A DNA stretch of 32,000 nucleotides from Deltaproteobacteria bacterium (GTDB lineage Bacteria > SAR324 > XYD2-FULL-50-16). Each line of letters begins with the position of its first letter. Within the stretch, counting starts at the first letter, position 1. The stretch is taken from assembly GCA_018657625.1 (NCBI GenBank), contig JABHWU010000113.1:10101-42100 (forward strand), read 5' to 3'. This document shows, piece by piece, positions 1 to 9,276 of the stretch. The notes below the pieces were generated by a model that had not been told where the DNA came from, ran no database searches, and saw nothing but the letters and a program-made list of their open reading frames with translations. The translations under genes were made by a program, and so were the position numbers.

Positions 1-140
1 ATGATCCTATTGGTTTCCATGTCAGGAAAAACTTCCTGGGTTATTGTCATCGCTGAATAAATACCTCCAGCAACAATAAATATCAATAAAACATTTGCGG
101 CTACGGCATTTCGTGCCATCCAATCAATTGCTGCTTTCAT
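1..140 (-). CDS. RND (AcrB-type) efflux permease, N-terminal fragment running off the window
   Basis: Partial, so absent from the ORF track. The reverse-strand ATG is at 140-138, 9 nt after the adaptor gene stop. It translates to MKAAIDWMARNAVAANVLLIFIVAGGIYSAMTITQEVFPDMETNRI, a typical RND pump N-terminus plus TM1. Its position directly after a membrane-fusion-protein gene fits. Confidence 0.7.
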   Translation of the reverse strand, partial: MKAAIDWMARNAVAANVLLIFIVAGGIYSAMTITQEVFPDMETNRI

Positions 141-149
141 GGGATCCTT

Positions 150-1436
150 TTAGTCGTGAGGATTATTCTGTTTGCTTTTGATCTTTCTGGTTTTCTGTTC
201 CTGGTTAGATCCTTTAGTTCCTTTTTTAGCGCTCCGGTTTTTTGTCTTTTTTGGGCGGGCGTTCTTTTTAGAAGGTTCTCCAAAAATACTCAATTTCATA
301 CCGGGAACAGCAGCCTGAATATTGGAGGTAACAATTTGATCATTGTTCTTAAGACCATCTGCTAAAAAATAGCTTTGATTGTTTTTACGAATAATAGAAA
401 CAGTTTGTATTGCCAAACGGTTCTGTTTGGTGACTTGCCAAACGGTGGAATTAGATCTTAAGGCTTCATGGGGGATGCTGATAATGTTTTCTAAGTTAAT
501 TCCCTGTATCGTCACATCAACGAATAAACTAAAAGGTAAAATAAAGTCATGGTTGGAATTAATATTTTGGACCTCAATAATAACTGTAGCCATCTTACCC
601 ATATTATCCATTTCTCTGAGCTGTCGGTCTACATAGCCATTCCATTGATGTACGGTATTACCGATTTTTTTTGAGACCACCACTGATGATCCCTGCTGCC
701 ATTCCCCTGATTCGTCGCCAGCTAACTTAATCCAGGCCAGGTCAGATAGTGGTAGAAGAACTTTTAAAATAACGGGTTTATCCTTAATAATCTCTCCAAC
801 AGATTGTCCACCATTAACAAATTGACCAATTGAGATTTTTGCCGAGCGTACATATCCTCTGAATGGTGCATAAACAGTAGTACGCTTTAGATTTAATTCT
901 GCAGTTTTGTAATTTGCATTAGCGGCATTCAGGGTAGATTTAGCTTTTTCTACTTCACTATCCCATTGTTTAACATTAGGCATCTTAAAATCGGAATTAC
1001 TTTTTTGAAATAATTCTCGCTCTTTAATAGAGGCATTTTGTTTTCCTTTCGCGATGATAAGGTCATTTTTAGCTTTGACCAAAGTTGAATGTGCCTGCTC
1101 TGCCATTAAACTATAATCAGTAGGATTAATTTTAAAAACAGCTTCATCTTTATCGGTGCGACCTCCCTCGACAAAATCTTGATTGACCCAGATAATTTTT
1201 CCTTTAATTTCAGAAGATAAAAGCAGAACGTCGGTTGATTGCGTTGTCGCAGTAGAATGAATTTGAACCGGTTGATTTTGTTTTTTAACAATAATTGTAC
1301 GAACCAGAGTTGTTTTTTCCTGTGGCATTTTTTTACTGCGAGGTGGTTTACGGTTACTGATTAGAGCAAATGTGACAGTAATTCCAACCAGTAATATGAT
1401 AAAAGGAAGGGCAATTCGCAGGTGTTTTTTTTGCAT
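150..1436 (-). CDS. Efflux RND periplasmic adaptor (HlyD/membrane fusion protein family) with a Lys-rich C-terminal tail
   Basis: 428-aa ORF with an N-terminal membrane anchor (LRIALPFIILLVGITVTFALI). It has lipoyl/hairpin/beta-barrel-like segments (LKRTTVYAPFRGYV, IGQFVNGGQSVGEI). It sits directly upstream of the RND permease start. Confidence 0.85.
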   Translation of the reverse strand: MQKKHLRIALPFIILLVGITVTFALISNRKPPRSKKMPQEKTTLVRTIIVKKQNQPVQIHSTATTQSTDVLLLSSEIKGKIIWVNQDFVEGGRTDKDEAVFKINPTDYSLMAEQAHSTLVKAKNDLIIAKGKQNASIKERELFQKSNSDFKMPNVKQWDSEVEKAKSTLNAANANYKTAELNLKRTTVYAPFRGYVRSAKISIGQFVNGGQSVGEIIKDKPVILKVLLPLSDLAWIKLAGDESGEWQQGSSVVVSKKIGNTVHQWNGYVDRQLREMDNMGKMATVIIEVQNINSNHDFILPFSLFVDVTIQGINLENIISIPHEALRSNSTVWQVTKQNRLAIQTVSIIRKNNQSYFLADGLKNNDQIVTSNIQAAVPGMKLSIFGEPSKKNARPKKTKNRSAKKGTKGSNQEQKTRKIKSKQNNPHD

Positions 1437-1743
1437 TTTTTTTGACTTTCTAAATCATTGCGTTATTATCTTGAAAAAAAAGAATATCTGACTTTTAATT
1501 AACCATTAATCAATCATACTGACAAGTTGATAATAACAATGAATCTTAAAAGTTTGTGAATATTTTGTAATGAAATGTAACAAAATGTAATTTTTAAATT
1601 TTATTTTTAATATTTTTAACTTTATGGTTATAGTGTATCAATAATTTTTAATCTAAAGTCGAAAGTCTGATTGAATTTTATTCCAATATCAGTATTATGA
1701 AGGTTCAACTTCACAGTTAATATTAAATTTTCAGGAGATTAAA

Positions 1744-2766
1744 ATGAATTTGTCTTCCAATTATAATAAAGTGTATCATTTAAAGTTTTTTTTGTGGATC
1801 GGATTAAGTATTATTTGTTTATATGGGGTTGCATCAGCCCAGGATATACAACGATTAACCATTAAACCGCAAAAATTGGAAATCTATCACTCTTATGAAG
1901 GTTATATTGAACCTTTTGAACGAGTAATCGTAAGATCTGAAACCAGTGGTACCATTGAGAAAACAACTTTTGAAGAAGGCAAAGTTGTAAAGAAAAACCA
2001 GATTCTGGTTAATGTTTCTACTGAACGATTGGCATTGCAGGAGCAATTGGCCAATTCAAACTATAAACTTGCGGAGTATGAATACCTGGCGCAGAAACAA
2101 TTGTTTGATCAGAATGTTTCATCCGCTTCCTCATTGAACAGCTACATTAACAAACGTGATGTTGGAAAAATACAACTGGAACTGGCTAAATTGGATCTGG
2201 AAAAGTCCAAAGTAAAATCTCCCATTACCGGGGTTGTTAAATCGAAATTGATTCAGACAGGTGAAACAGTTAATGCTAACCAAAATCTTTTGGAAGTAAT
2301 GAACGTTTCAAAAGTATTGGCTAAAATTAATATCCCCGGCAATGATATGTTTTTTGTTTTTCCGGGAAAAACCATGAGGGTTAGGATCAGTGCTTTACCA
2401 GGTTTAGTTTTTGATGGTAAAGTTCATACTTTGGGTCAGGAAGCGGACAAGCAAACCCAGCAGTTTCCAGCTGAAATCATTATTGAAAACCCTAGAGGCC
2501 AGCTATTTCCTGGAATGGACGTTTATGTGGAAAGTCGAACCATCCATATGGAAAACCAGATTTTAATCCCCCGTGCGGCTGTAATGGATTTAAATAAATC
2601 ACCAAATGTATATGTGCTAAAAAATAATAAAGCCAGCAAACGCCAATTGAAACTGGGAACCATTATGATTGATAGTGTTCAGGTAATGTCAGGTCTCAAA
2701 TTTGGAGAGCTGATAATAATATCAGGATTGGATTCTATTCGGGAAGGCATGATTGTAGGTAATTAG
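1744..2766 (+). CDS. Efflux RND periplasmic adaptor (HlyD/MFP family), orphan copy
   Basis: 340-aa ORF preceded by AGGAG (caggagattaaaATG). It has a signal/anchor segment and MFP-type blocks (VRSETSGTIEKTTFEEGKVVKKNQILV, LEKSKVKSPITGVV, LFPGMDVYVE). No transporter gene follows it. Confidence 0.85.
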   Translation: MNLSSNYNKVYHLKFFLWIGLSIICLYGVASAQDIQRLTIKPQKLEIYHSYEGYIEPFERVIVRSETSGTIEKTTFEEGKVVKKNQILVNVSTERLALQEQLANSNYKLAEYEYLAQKQLFDQNVSSASSLNSYINKRDVGKIQLELAKLDLEKSKVKSPITGVVKSKLIQTGETVNANQNLLEVMNVSKVLAKINIPGNDMFFVFPGKTMRVRISALPGLVFDGKVHTLGQEADKQTQQFPAEIIIENPRGQLFPGMDVYVESRTIHMENQILIPRAAVMDLNKSPNVYVLKNNKASKRQLKLGTIMIDSVQVMSGLKFGELIIISGLDSIREGMIVGN

Positions 2767-2808
2767 TAAATTGTTAATCATTTTTTTAAAATAACCAGCT
2801 TGCAAATT

Positions 2809-2842
2809 GACACCCCCTGTTCCCGTCGGAATAGGGGGTGTC
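2809..2842. terminator. GC-rich perfect hairpin between convergent genes (possible bidirectional terminator or REP-like element)
   Basis: GACACCCCCT-14 nt-AGGGGGTGTC forms a perfect 10-bp stem. It lies between the + strand adaptor gene and the - strand 87-aa ORF. There is no clean U-run on either side, so a terminator role is uncertain. Confidence 0.4.
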
Positions 2843-2961
2843 AGCCTATCTGCTGCTCTCCTTTTTTCCTTATAAAAAAGATAGTATACGACCAGAAAGG
2901 ATCTCCTAAGCCAAATCCAAAGATCGATTTAAAATAATGCGTATTTCCTAAAGAAGTATAT

Positions 2962-3225
2962 TTATTCGGTTGGTGTCTTTTTTGGAAACATCCTCATTTG
3001 GAATTTCTGTAATTCGCCCATGGTGTTAAAATCGATGGCATCGCCGCTCTTGATCTCAAAATGATCTAGAGTTTCCTGGGTAAACATGATCCGATTACCT
3101 TCAAGCGTAACATATGGCATTATGCCTTCATCCATCATTTTTTCAGCCTGTTTGAGCATTTCTTGCTCTTGAGTGCCCATTTCTCGTTCAACTACTTTAA
3201 ATCCATCTGCCTTTTTTTGTTTCAT
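2962..3225 (-). CDS. Hypothetical small protein (87 aa)
   Basis: Intergenic-sized ORF on the same strand as the upstream MCP-like gene. I recognise no motif. An open frame of this length is unlikely by chance in AT-rich DNA. Confidence 0.5.
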   Translation of the reverse strand: MKQKKADGFKVVEREMGTQEQEMLKQAEKMMDEGIMPYVTLEGNRIMFTQETLDHFEIKSGDAIDFNTMGELQKFQMRMFPKKTPTE

Positions 3226-3344
3226 TTTTCCCTTGTTACTTTTTTAATTATCTTACTATTGGTTTTTCAGTGATTATCTTTTCTTGTTTTGAAAAACAAG
3301 TCCTTTTTTGAAGTTGAACTAGCGCCTCATTCCTGATTCAGATT

Positions 3345-4715
3345 TTAGAAGAACGTGATATCACCATCTGGATCTTCATCATGTTGACTACTGTCGTTAT
3401 TTTCCAAACTGTCTTTGTTTGTTACTTTATCGTGTGTTTGGTACTGCTTTGAGATAACATATAATTTTTGAAATTGTTCAATGTCGAATTTTGTTGTACT
3501 TTTTATTTGATTCTCCTGATTTTGTGCGATGTCTGACAAATACTGCTGATATAATGTCAGTCCTTTTACAACCACTTCTATTTGTTGTTGAGTAATATCT
3601 TGAAACTGAATTGTTGTGAAAGATTCCTGTACTTTGTCAGAAACTTCTTTGCTGTTGATATCTAATTGTTGCAATGTTTGCTGATGTACTTCTACAAGTT
3701 GATCAAACTCCGATGCCAGGTTAGATAGTTGGCTATTTACATCTTTTAAGACAGTTGATTCATTTTCCTGCTGCTTGGTATCCAGCTTATGGGAGAAACC
3801 GTTCTCAATATTTACGATCAATTGTGTTATCGCAGATTCAATCTTTTTACTAGCTTGAGCTGATTCATAGGATAGGTTTCCAACCTCACTAGCGATGACA
3901 CCAAATTGATTACCGGACTCGCCTGACTTACCGGCAACGACTTTAGCATTAATCGCTAATATTTTGGTTTGATGGCTGATGCGTTGAATTAAAGCTGTCA
4001 AGTTAGACAATGAATGGGCCTGCTGAATCAAAGACTGCATTAATTCCTGATCGGTTTGAATTTCAGTTAATTTTTTGTCCAATACTGTTTGGATACTATT
4101 AACCATTTCCTTGTTTTTATTTTTAGAATTGATGATCGCCTCAGAATATTGTTCACTTTGATCTTTTTCCTTTAAAACAATATCCCGTAATTCTTTCATT
4201 GATTCAAAAATGGTAATAAACTCCTCAATTAGCTCTGATGCTGCTTTATTTGTGTCATCGGTTACTGTTTTTAAATGTTCTTCGATCATTTTTTGGGTGA
4301 TTCCGTATGCTTCAAAAACGTCTCTCAATATGCCTTGATTTTCCTCGTTACCGGTGTCTTTGATTTTAGATATTTTTAGTGATATCTGTTGATTATTTTC
4401 ATTTTTGGAACTGTCTTCAGCGATTATTTGTTGTTTTTTGATAGTTGGCGAATCTGTGATTGTTTGATCTGATTCAATTTCCCTAGTCTGATTGCTAAAG
4501 GTTTCTCTTTCAATATTTTTCAATGACTTAAAGTTAACGATAATAACAACCAGGCAGGTTAATAATACTATAATAGCAGTTAACAGGCTGAATAAGCTTA
4601 GTTCCTGATCATTAGAGGAGTATAAATTGGTTAGCAACCAATAGGTTGCAGCTCCAAAAAAAGTAGAAGAGATTGTGATCTGAAAAAACAGGTGGCTTAA
4701 TTTACTTTTTTTCAT
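3345..4715 (-). CDS. Methyl-accepting chemotaxis protein-like signalling protein with a divergent hairpin tip
   Basis: 456 aa with two closely spaced N-terminal TM helices and almost no periplasmic loop. The MCP signalling-domain core is recognisable but degenerate: HQTKILAINAKVVAGKSGESGNQFGVIASEVGNLS, against the usual [26 protein letters not shown]. A TTIQFQDITQQQIE block lies downstream. Confidence 0.75.
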   Translation of the reverse strand: MKKSKLSHLFFQITISSTFFGAATYWLLTNLYSSNDQELSLFSLLTAIIVLLTCLVVIIVNFKSLKNIERETFSNQTREIESDQTITDSPTIKKQQIIAEDSSKNENNQQISLKISKIKDTGNEENQGILRDVFEAYGITQKMIEEHLKTVTDDTNKAASELIEEFITIFESMKELRDIVLKEKDQSEQYSEAIINSKNKNKEMVNSIQTVLDKKLTEIQTDQELMQSLIQQAHSLSNLTALIQRISHQTKILAINAKVVAGKSGESGNQFGVIASEVGNLSYESAQASKKIESAITQLIVNIENGFSHKLDTKQQENESTVLKDVNSQLSNLASEFDQLVEVHQQTLQQLDINSKEVSDKVQESFTTIQFQDITQQQIEVVVKGLTLYQQYLSDIAQNQENQIKSTTKFDIEQFQKLYVISKQYQTHDKVTNKDSLENNDSSQHDEDPDGDITFF

Positions 4716-4983
4716 TTTTTAAATATCCTGATTATATCTCATTAATTGTATTGCTGAAGTAATATTTTTTAGATGATTATACTCTATAAACTACATCCTG
4801 ACCAACTTTTTTGACAATACTTATGATTTGATTGTCATAAATAACAATAAATGCCGATGAATTAAGTTTGCTGCATTTACCATCTTACCACTTGTTATAG
4901 AAACTGGGAGGCAAACTGGGAAACTAGTTGCGAAATTGCAATATGTCGAAAATTAATTAAAAAATATCATTAAATATTGTCGG

Positions 4984-6771
4984 CTATGTACGTAGAAGTG
5001 GTGGTTGATCTTCGTAGGGCATCTCGATTATAAATTCGGTTTCATGACCTGGTATACTATTGCAAATAATTTTGCCATTCAGTGTTTGAGTGACAAGATT
5101 AAATACGATATGCAGACCTAATCCGGTCCCCCCTTTCCCTCGTTTAGTAGTAAAAAAAGGTTCAAATACTGATATTGCTGTTTTTTCATCCATACCTCTA
5201 CCGGTATCCCGGTAAGAAAATACCAGGTTATTACTTGAAATCGATACATCTAGTACAATCGTTCCTTGTTCAATTCCTTCGAATCCATGAAGCAGAGAAT
5301 TCATAATAAAATTGGTTATAATCTGAGCAAACACACCAGGATAGCTAAAAATTTGCATTTCTTCCGGGCAGTGAACGACAACAGAATGTTTGGTTCGTTT
5401 TAATTGAGACTGTAGACTCGATAAAACCTCATTGATATATTGCTTCACATTAAACAGACGTTTTTCTTCCAACATCTGATCCACAGCCACATCTTTGAAA
5501 CTTTTAATGATATTACCAGCCCGTGTGAGGTTCTTTAAAATACTGGCAGAACTGTTGAGTGCATTATCCATGTATTTTTCAAAAGTGGCTTGAGTGAGCG
5601 CATCAGACTTAAATGCCGAATGGCACTCTTTCGTAATATCCTTCAGAAATGAGGCTTCAGTCACACCAATTCCGAGTGGTGTGTTGATTTCATGGGCGAC
5701 ACCAGCTACCAGACTACCTAATGATGCCATTTTTTCGCTTTGGATCATATGGTCTTGCGTTTGTTTCAATTCTATTAGCGACTGATTGAGTTCCCGGGTA
5801 CGATCTTCCACTTGATCTTCCAAAGTGTCATATGCTTCTTGTAGACGATTCTGATGTTTTTCCAATTCAGTATTTAAATGTTTTTTTTCAGTAAGTGCGT
5901 GTTGCAGATCAATCGTATTCTGTTCTAATTCATTGGTCCGTTTCTGAACAATTTGTTCCAGATGTTGATTGATATCAAGCCATTTGTCACGCGCCTTTTT
6001 TAAGTTATCAACCATAAAATGAAACCCTTCCTCTATGATTTTAAGTTCATTTCGTCCGGAAGTTTTGATATCCAGATTGAAATCACTCAGGTTATCAAGG
6101 TTTAAACGTGTTATGGCATTAGATAATATGGAAAGCGGGCGATTTAAATAAACACGGGCAAACAATAAGAAAATGAACCATAAAGCCAGTGACTTGATCA
6201 AGGCACTAACAATGATTAACAAAAAATCCAGCTTAACTCTCTGGTATACGATATTAGTATTTGAATGTAAGGTTACACTGCCGATCTCAATTTTTCCCTT
6301 GGTATCCTGGTAGATTAGAGGGAAGCGGTAGGAAAATGCTTCAGAAAAAAACCTATCTATAATTTTATTGGGATGTTGTTTTTTCTGATAATAAACAGTT
6401 TCCTGCTTATCGATATTGTTTGAGAGACTGGTTTGTGATGAATTCCCAACGATACCAGCGGTAATATCAGCTATCATATCGGCTTGTACCGTAATACCTG
6501 TGAGAAAGGAAACACGTTGTAAAGCTGTAACCAATGTCTGCAGGTTTTTTTCATCACCATTCCAGACACTTTGTGATAAGACAGAGCCGAACATTTCCTG
6601 AAAGGAAGTTATATCACGAATAATGGTGTCTTTTGTTTCATAATATTCCGTTGACATATGAAACCCGGTCAAGAGCGTTGTTATTACTAAATAGGTTGAA
6701 AACACCATCATTAATAACCTGGTAGTAATCGAATTTTTGATTGAAACGACAGAATAATTCAGCATGGGCAC
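4984..6771 (-). CDS. Membrane sensor histidine kinase (periplasmic sensor, HAMP, coiled coil, HisKA, HATPase_c)
   Basis: 595 aa with two TM segments flanking a roughly 150-aa extracytoplasmic region. It has the H-box VAGVAHEINTPLG and the ATPase blocks LLHGFEG, DTGRGMD and GGTGLGLHIV. Confidence 0.9.
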   Translation of the reverse strand: MPMLNYSVVSIKNSITTRLLMMVFSTYLVITTLLTGFHMSTEYYETKDTIIRDITSFQEMFGSVLSQSVWNGDEKNLQTLVTALQRVSFLTGITVQADMIADITAGIVGNSSQTSLSNNIDKQETVYYQKKQHPNKIIDRFFSEAFSYRFPLIYQDTKGKIEIGSVTLHSNTNIVYQRVKLDFLLIIVSALIKSLALWFIFLLFARVYLNRPLSILSNAITRLNLDNLSDFNLDIKTSGRNELKIIEEGFHFMVDNLKKARDKWLDINQHLEQIVQKRTNELEQNTIDLQHALTEKKHLNTELEKHQNRLQEAYDTLEDQVEDRTRELNQSLIELKQTQDHMIQSEKMASLGSLVAGVAHEINTPLGIGVTEASFLKDITKECHSAFKSDALTQATFEKYMDNALNSSASILKNLTRAGNIIKSFKDVAVDQMLEEKRLFNVKQYINEVLSSLQSQLKRTKHSVVVHCPEEMQIFSYPGVFAQIITNFIMNSLLHGFEGIEQGTIVLDVSISSNNLVFSYRDTGRGMDEKTAISVFEPFFTTKRGKGGTGLGLHIVFNLVTQTLNGKIICNSIPGHETEFIIEMPYEDQPPLLRT

Positions 6772-6881
6772 GCTCTTGTTATATTACAAAAAAACTGGAA
6801 CTGTTTAATAAAGGTGATTGCTCACCTTTATCACATTCAGAACGATAAATCGAAATTCTGATTATTTTTAAAAAACTACAA

Positions 6882-7631
6882 TTAATGGATATTATAATTT
6901 TTCAATATTTTTCCGTATTGTTCAGTTAATTTTAATTTTTCTATTGCTTGATTAAACTTTTCCATAAGCTTGAGATGATCTTTTACTTTTGAAAAACCAA
7001 TATACAGGGGATCTTTGGTAACACTGGGTTCTAAGAAAACGATGCTCTTAGAAAACTTTAGCTGCCTGGCATGAAAATTTATGACATATCTATTACCGAT
7101 TCCAACTTCAAATCTTTTCAACTTGAATTTCTTGGCTAAGGAACGATCGCTGATTGCTTCTTCTTTGATGAGATAATCAACCTGATCAAATGCCTCTCCG
7201 TAGCTATAGTTACTCACTACGCCAATTTTATAAGGGATTAAATCGCGAAAGTTTCCACTGTAATTAATTCCGGATTGTTTCCAGGTAAAGAAACTGTTTT
7301 CTTCCAAAGCCAACGCAAACCTAGGGAAATATAGGAAGGATTCTCTGTCTTTTGTTTTAAATAGCGGCATGATAGCATCAACATTTCCAACTTTTGCATT
7401 GTAGAGCATGCGTTTCCAGGGGAATTGCCTATAGGATGTTTTATATCCAAGTTCTTTTGCTATATAATCGATGATGTCAATGCAAACACCGACCAGCTTC
7501 CCATCCTTTTTAAAATAATAAGGTGGATAACCAGTGCTAGTCCCTATCACAATTTCTTTTGGTTCCGCATGCGTCATTTCCCCACTGAATAAAAAGAAGC
7601 CTAAGAAGATCAATAATAATGAATATTTCAT
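6882..7631 (-). CDS. Periplasmic solute-binding protein, family 3 (PBPb-like)
   Basis: 249 aa with a signal peptide (MKYSLLLIFLGFFLFSGEMTHA). It has family-3 SBP blocks (GTSTGYPPYYF, FPWKRMLYNAKVGNVDAIMP). It lies 111 nt upstream of the kinase on the same strand. Confidence 0.8.
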   Translation of the reverse strand: MKYSLLLIFLGFFLFSGEMTHAEPKEIVIGTSTGYPPYYFKKDGKLVGVCIDIIDYIAKELGYKTSYRQFPWKRMLYNAKVGNVDAIMPLFKTKDRESFLYFPRFALALEENSFFTWKQSGINYSGNFRDLIPYKIGVVSNYSYGEAFDQVDYLIKEEAISDRSLAKKFKLKRFEVGIGNRYVINFHARQLKFSKSIVFLEPSVTKDPLYIGFSKVKDHLKLMEKFNQAIEKLKLTEQYGKILKNYNIH

Positions 7632-7683
7632 GGTAACCTTTGCGAATTAAACAAACTTATTAATTATTGCGAAGCTCCGGATA

Positions 7684-7771
7684 TAATACCCCGCCGCTTA
7701 CGGCGTAAATATTAACAAATGAACTAAATTTCGATTAGTGTAGTTAATACTCCGCTGCTTGCGGCGGGGTA
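7684..7771. repeat. Pair of GC-rich hairpin repeats (REP-like) in a divergent intergenic region
   Basis: The 22-nt direct repeat TAATACcCCGCcGCTTaCGGCG (7684-7705) / TAATACtCCGCtGCTTgCGGCG (7745-7766) occurs twice, and each copy is self-complementary. In addition, TACCCCGCCGC in copy 1 is the exact reverse complement of GCGGCGGGGTA at 7761-7771. Confidence 0.6.
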
Positions 7772-8084
7772 GTTCATTATTTGGCAGCTGTTGTAATCAA
7801 TCTGGTAGTTGTATCGAATGAAATTACCTATATTCATGATAAAAAATCGATTAACTTTAGATTAAGTTATCACATTTGAGAATGAATTAATACTATCTTT
7901 TTATGAAGTAAAAATGTCGAACAACTGCTTTTTCAACTTATTGATCTAGTTTTCATAAAATTAGAATTGATCATATTCGAATGTATAATTTGCTTTTTGA
8001 TCGATTATAGAAATAGTAATTTGACCGGACCTATCTAAAAATGATATTATTAACATCAAAAAGTAATTAAGAAAGGAAAATGTT

Positions 8085-8870
8085 ATGTTTTATTTTATAA
8101 AATCAATTTTCTATCGCATACTGATAACTAGTTTATTAGTGACGATGATGAATATTGAGCTGGGTGCCACCCCGAAAATACGTGTTGTCTACACAGAATG
8201 GTTCCCATATACGTTTGAGGAGCAGGGAAAGGCTTCAGGTTTTGAAATTGATATATTCAAGGCGATAATGAAACGTATGGGAATTCCGGTTGAATTTGGG
8301 CGCTATCCTTGGAAACGTTGTCTGGATCACTTAAAAAAAGGTAAAGCAGACGCGCTGATTTCTATGCTGTATACCAGTAACCGGGAGCAATATACTTACT
8401 TTGCTAAAGAACATATCAGCGTATCCCGTACCATATTTGCTACCACTAAAAATCGACAAATATCCTTTAATGGCGCACTTGAAGATTTACGCAGCTATGT
8501 GATTGGGTACATAATGGGATTTAGCTATGGGCAGATGTTTGATACTGCTGATTATTTGAATAAAGATTCTGCTACAAATGTCCAGGGACTTATCAAAAAA
8601 CTGATCAAAGGGCGAAATGATCTGATCGCTGAAAATGAGGTTGTGCTGAGATCTTCTGCTTTTAAATTAGGTGTGTTAGGTCAAATCAAGTTTATTGAAC
8701 CTCCTATTCACATTCAGAATCTGTTTGTTGGGTTTTCAAAGGTAAATGGGTTGGAGGAACTTTCCATTCAATTTTCCAGAGAACTATCAAGTTTCAAAAA
8801 ATTAAAACAATATACCAAAATTCTGGCTCAATACAATATTCCCCACACCAATATGGGCACCCCCCATTGA
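8085..8870 (+). CDS. Periplasmic solute-binding protein, family 3 (paralog of 6882-7631)
   Basis: 261 aa with an N-terminal hydrophobic signal. It has the blocks VVYTEWFPYTF and YPWKRCLDHLKKGKADALIS, parallel to the other SBP. AAGGAAA lies upstream of the ATG. Confidence 0.8.
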   Translation: MFYFIKSIFYRILITSLLVTMMNIELGATPKIRVVYTEWFPYTFEEQGKASGFEIDIFKAIMKRMGIPVEFGRYPWKRCLDHLKKGKADALISMLYTSNREQYTYFAKEHISVSRTIFATTKNRQISFNGALEDLRSYVIGYIMGFSYGQMFDTADYLNKDSATNVQGLIKKLIKGRNDLIAENEVVLRSSAFKLGVLGQIKFIEPPIHIQNLFVGFSKVNGLEELSIQFSRELSSFKKLKQYTKILAQYNIPHTNMGTPH

Positions 8871-8976
8871 CAAACTGTGTCACAATAGCGAAACAACGAT
8901 TTTTTCCAGAGCTTGTCATTGCAAACATATTAGAAGGGACGCAGTTGTATTGGTTGTTCATAAACTTAGTTTTTAG

Positions 8977-9276
8977 TTATTTTTCCAGAATCAAGGGTTG
9001 CAAACCAGGGGCTTCATGACAAAACGCTTTGGCCATTATATGAGCGTTATTAATATGTTTAGTGAGTTTGTTTCGTTTTAAAACAACGCCATACTTTTTA
9101 CTGTTGATTAAAATGCCGTTCTCTCTGAAGGCCACAACTAGATAATCAATAAAACCGGCATCATTACAGCGATAATGATAATGTCCCTTGTTATCTTTGA
9201 ACAGAAATTCAAAAGCATTGGCTGAAAAAAGCGGGAGGAGAACCAGAAGAAGTATCAGGATAATTGTCTTTTTCAT
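8977..9276 (-). CDS. Hypothetical small secreted protein (99 aa)
   Basis: The track ORF is 8977-9405. The internal ATG at 9276 begins a classic signal peptide, MKKTIILILLLVLLPLFSANA, so I prefer the shorter form. It has two Cys and no recognised family. Confidence 0.5.
   Translation of the reverse strand: MKKTIILILLLVLLPLFSANAFEFLFKDNKGHYHYRCNDAGFIDYLVVAFRENGILINSKKYGVVLKRNKLTKHINNAHIMAKAFCHEAPGLQPLILEK

Noticed and set aside
156-1291. Track ORFs 156-365(+), 379-636(+) and 1106-1291(-) inside the adaptor gene
   Set aside because: They are fully nested in, or antisense to, a well-supported 428-aa MFP gene. Their sequences are low-complexity or hydrophobic and lack motifs. They are typical shadow ORFs.
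3348-3362. C-terminal ...DGDITFF of the MCP-like protein as a CheR/CheB-tethering pentapeptide (NWETF type)
   Set aside because: It lacks the conserved Trp of the xWxxF motif. The resemblance is limited to an acidic linker ending in Phe.
4917-4931. Sigma-54-like TGG-N9-TTGC spacing (cTGGgaaactagTTGCg) on the plus strand
   Set aside because: It points into the 3' end of the convergent kinase gene with no plus-strand gene downstream. It also lacks the full TGGCAC/TTGCW consensus. The nearby AAACTGGGA direct repeat makes a chance match likely.
5594-6601. Antisense ORFs 5594-5785 and 6416-6601 within the histidine kinase gene
   Set aside because: These are shadow frames opposite a gene with clear H-box and ATPase motifs. 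They have no RBS and no recognisable domain.
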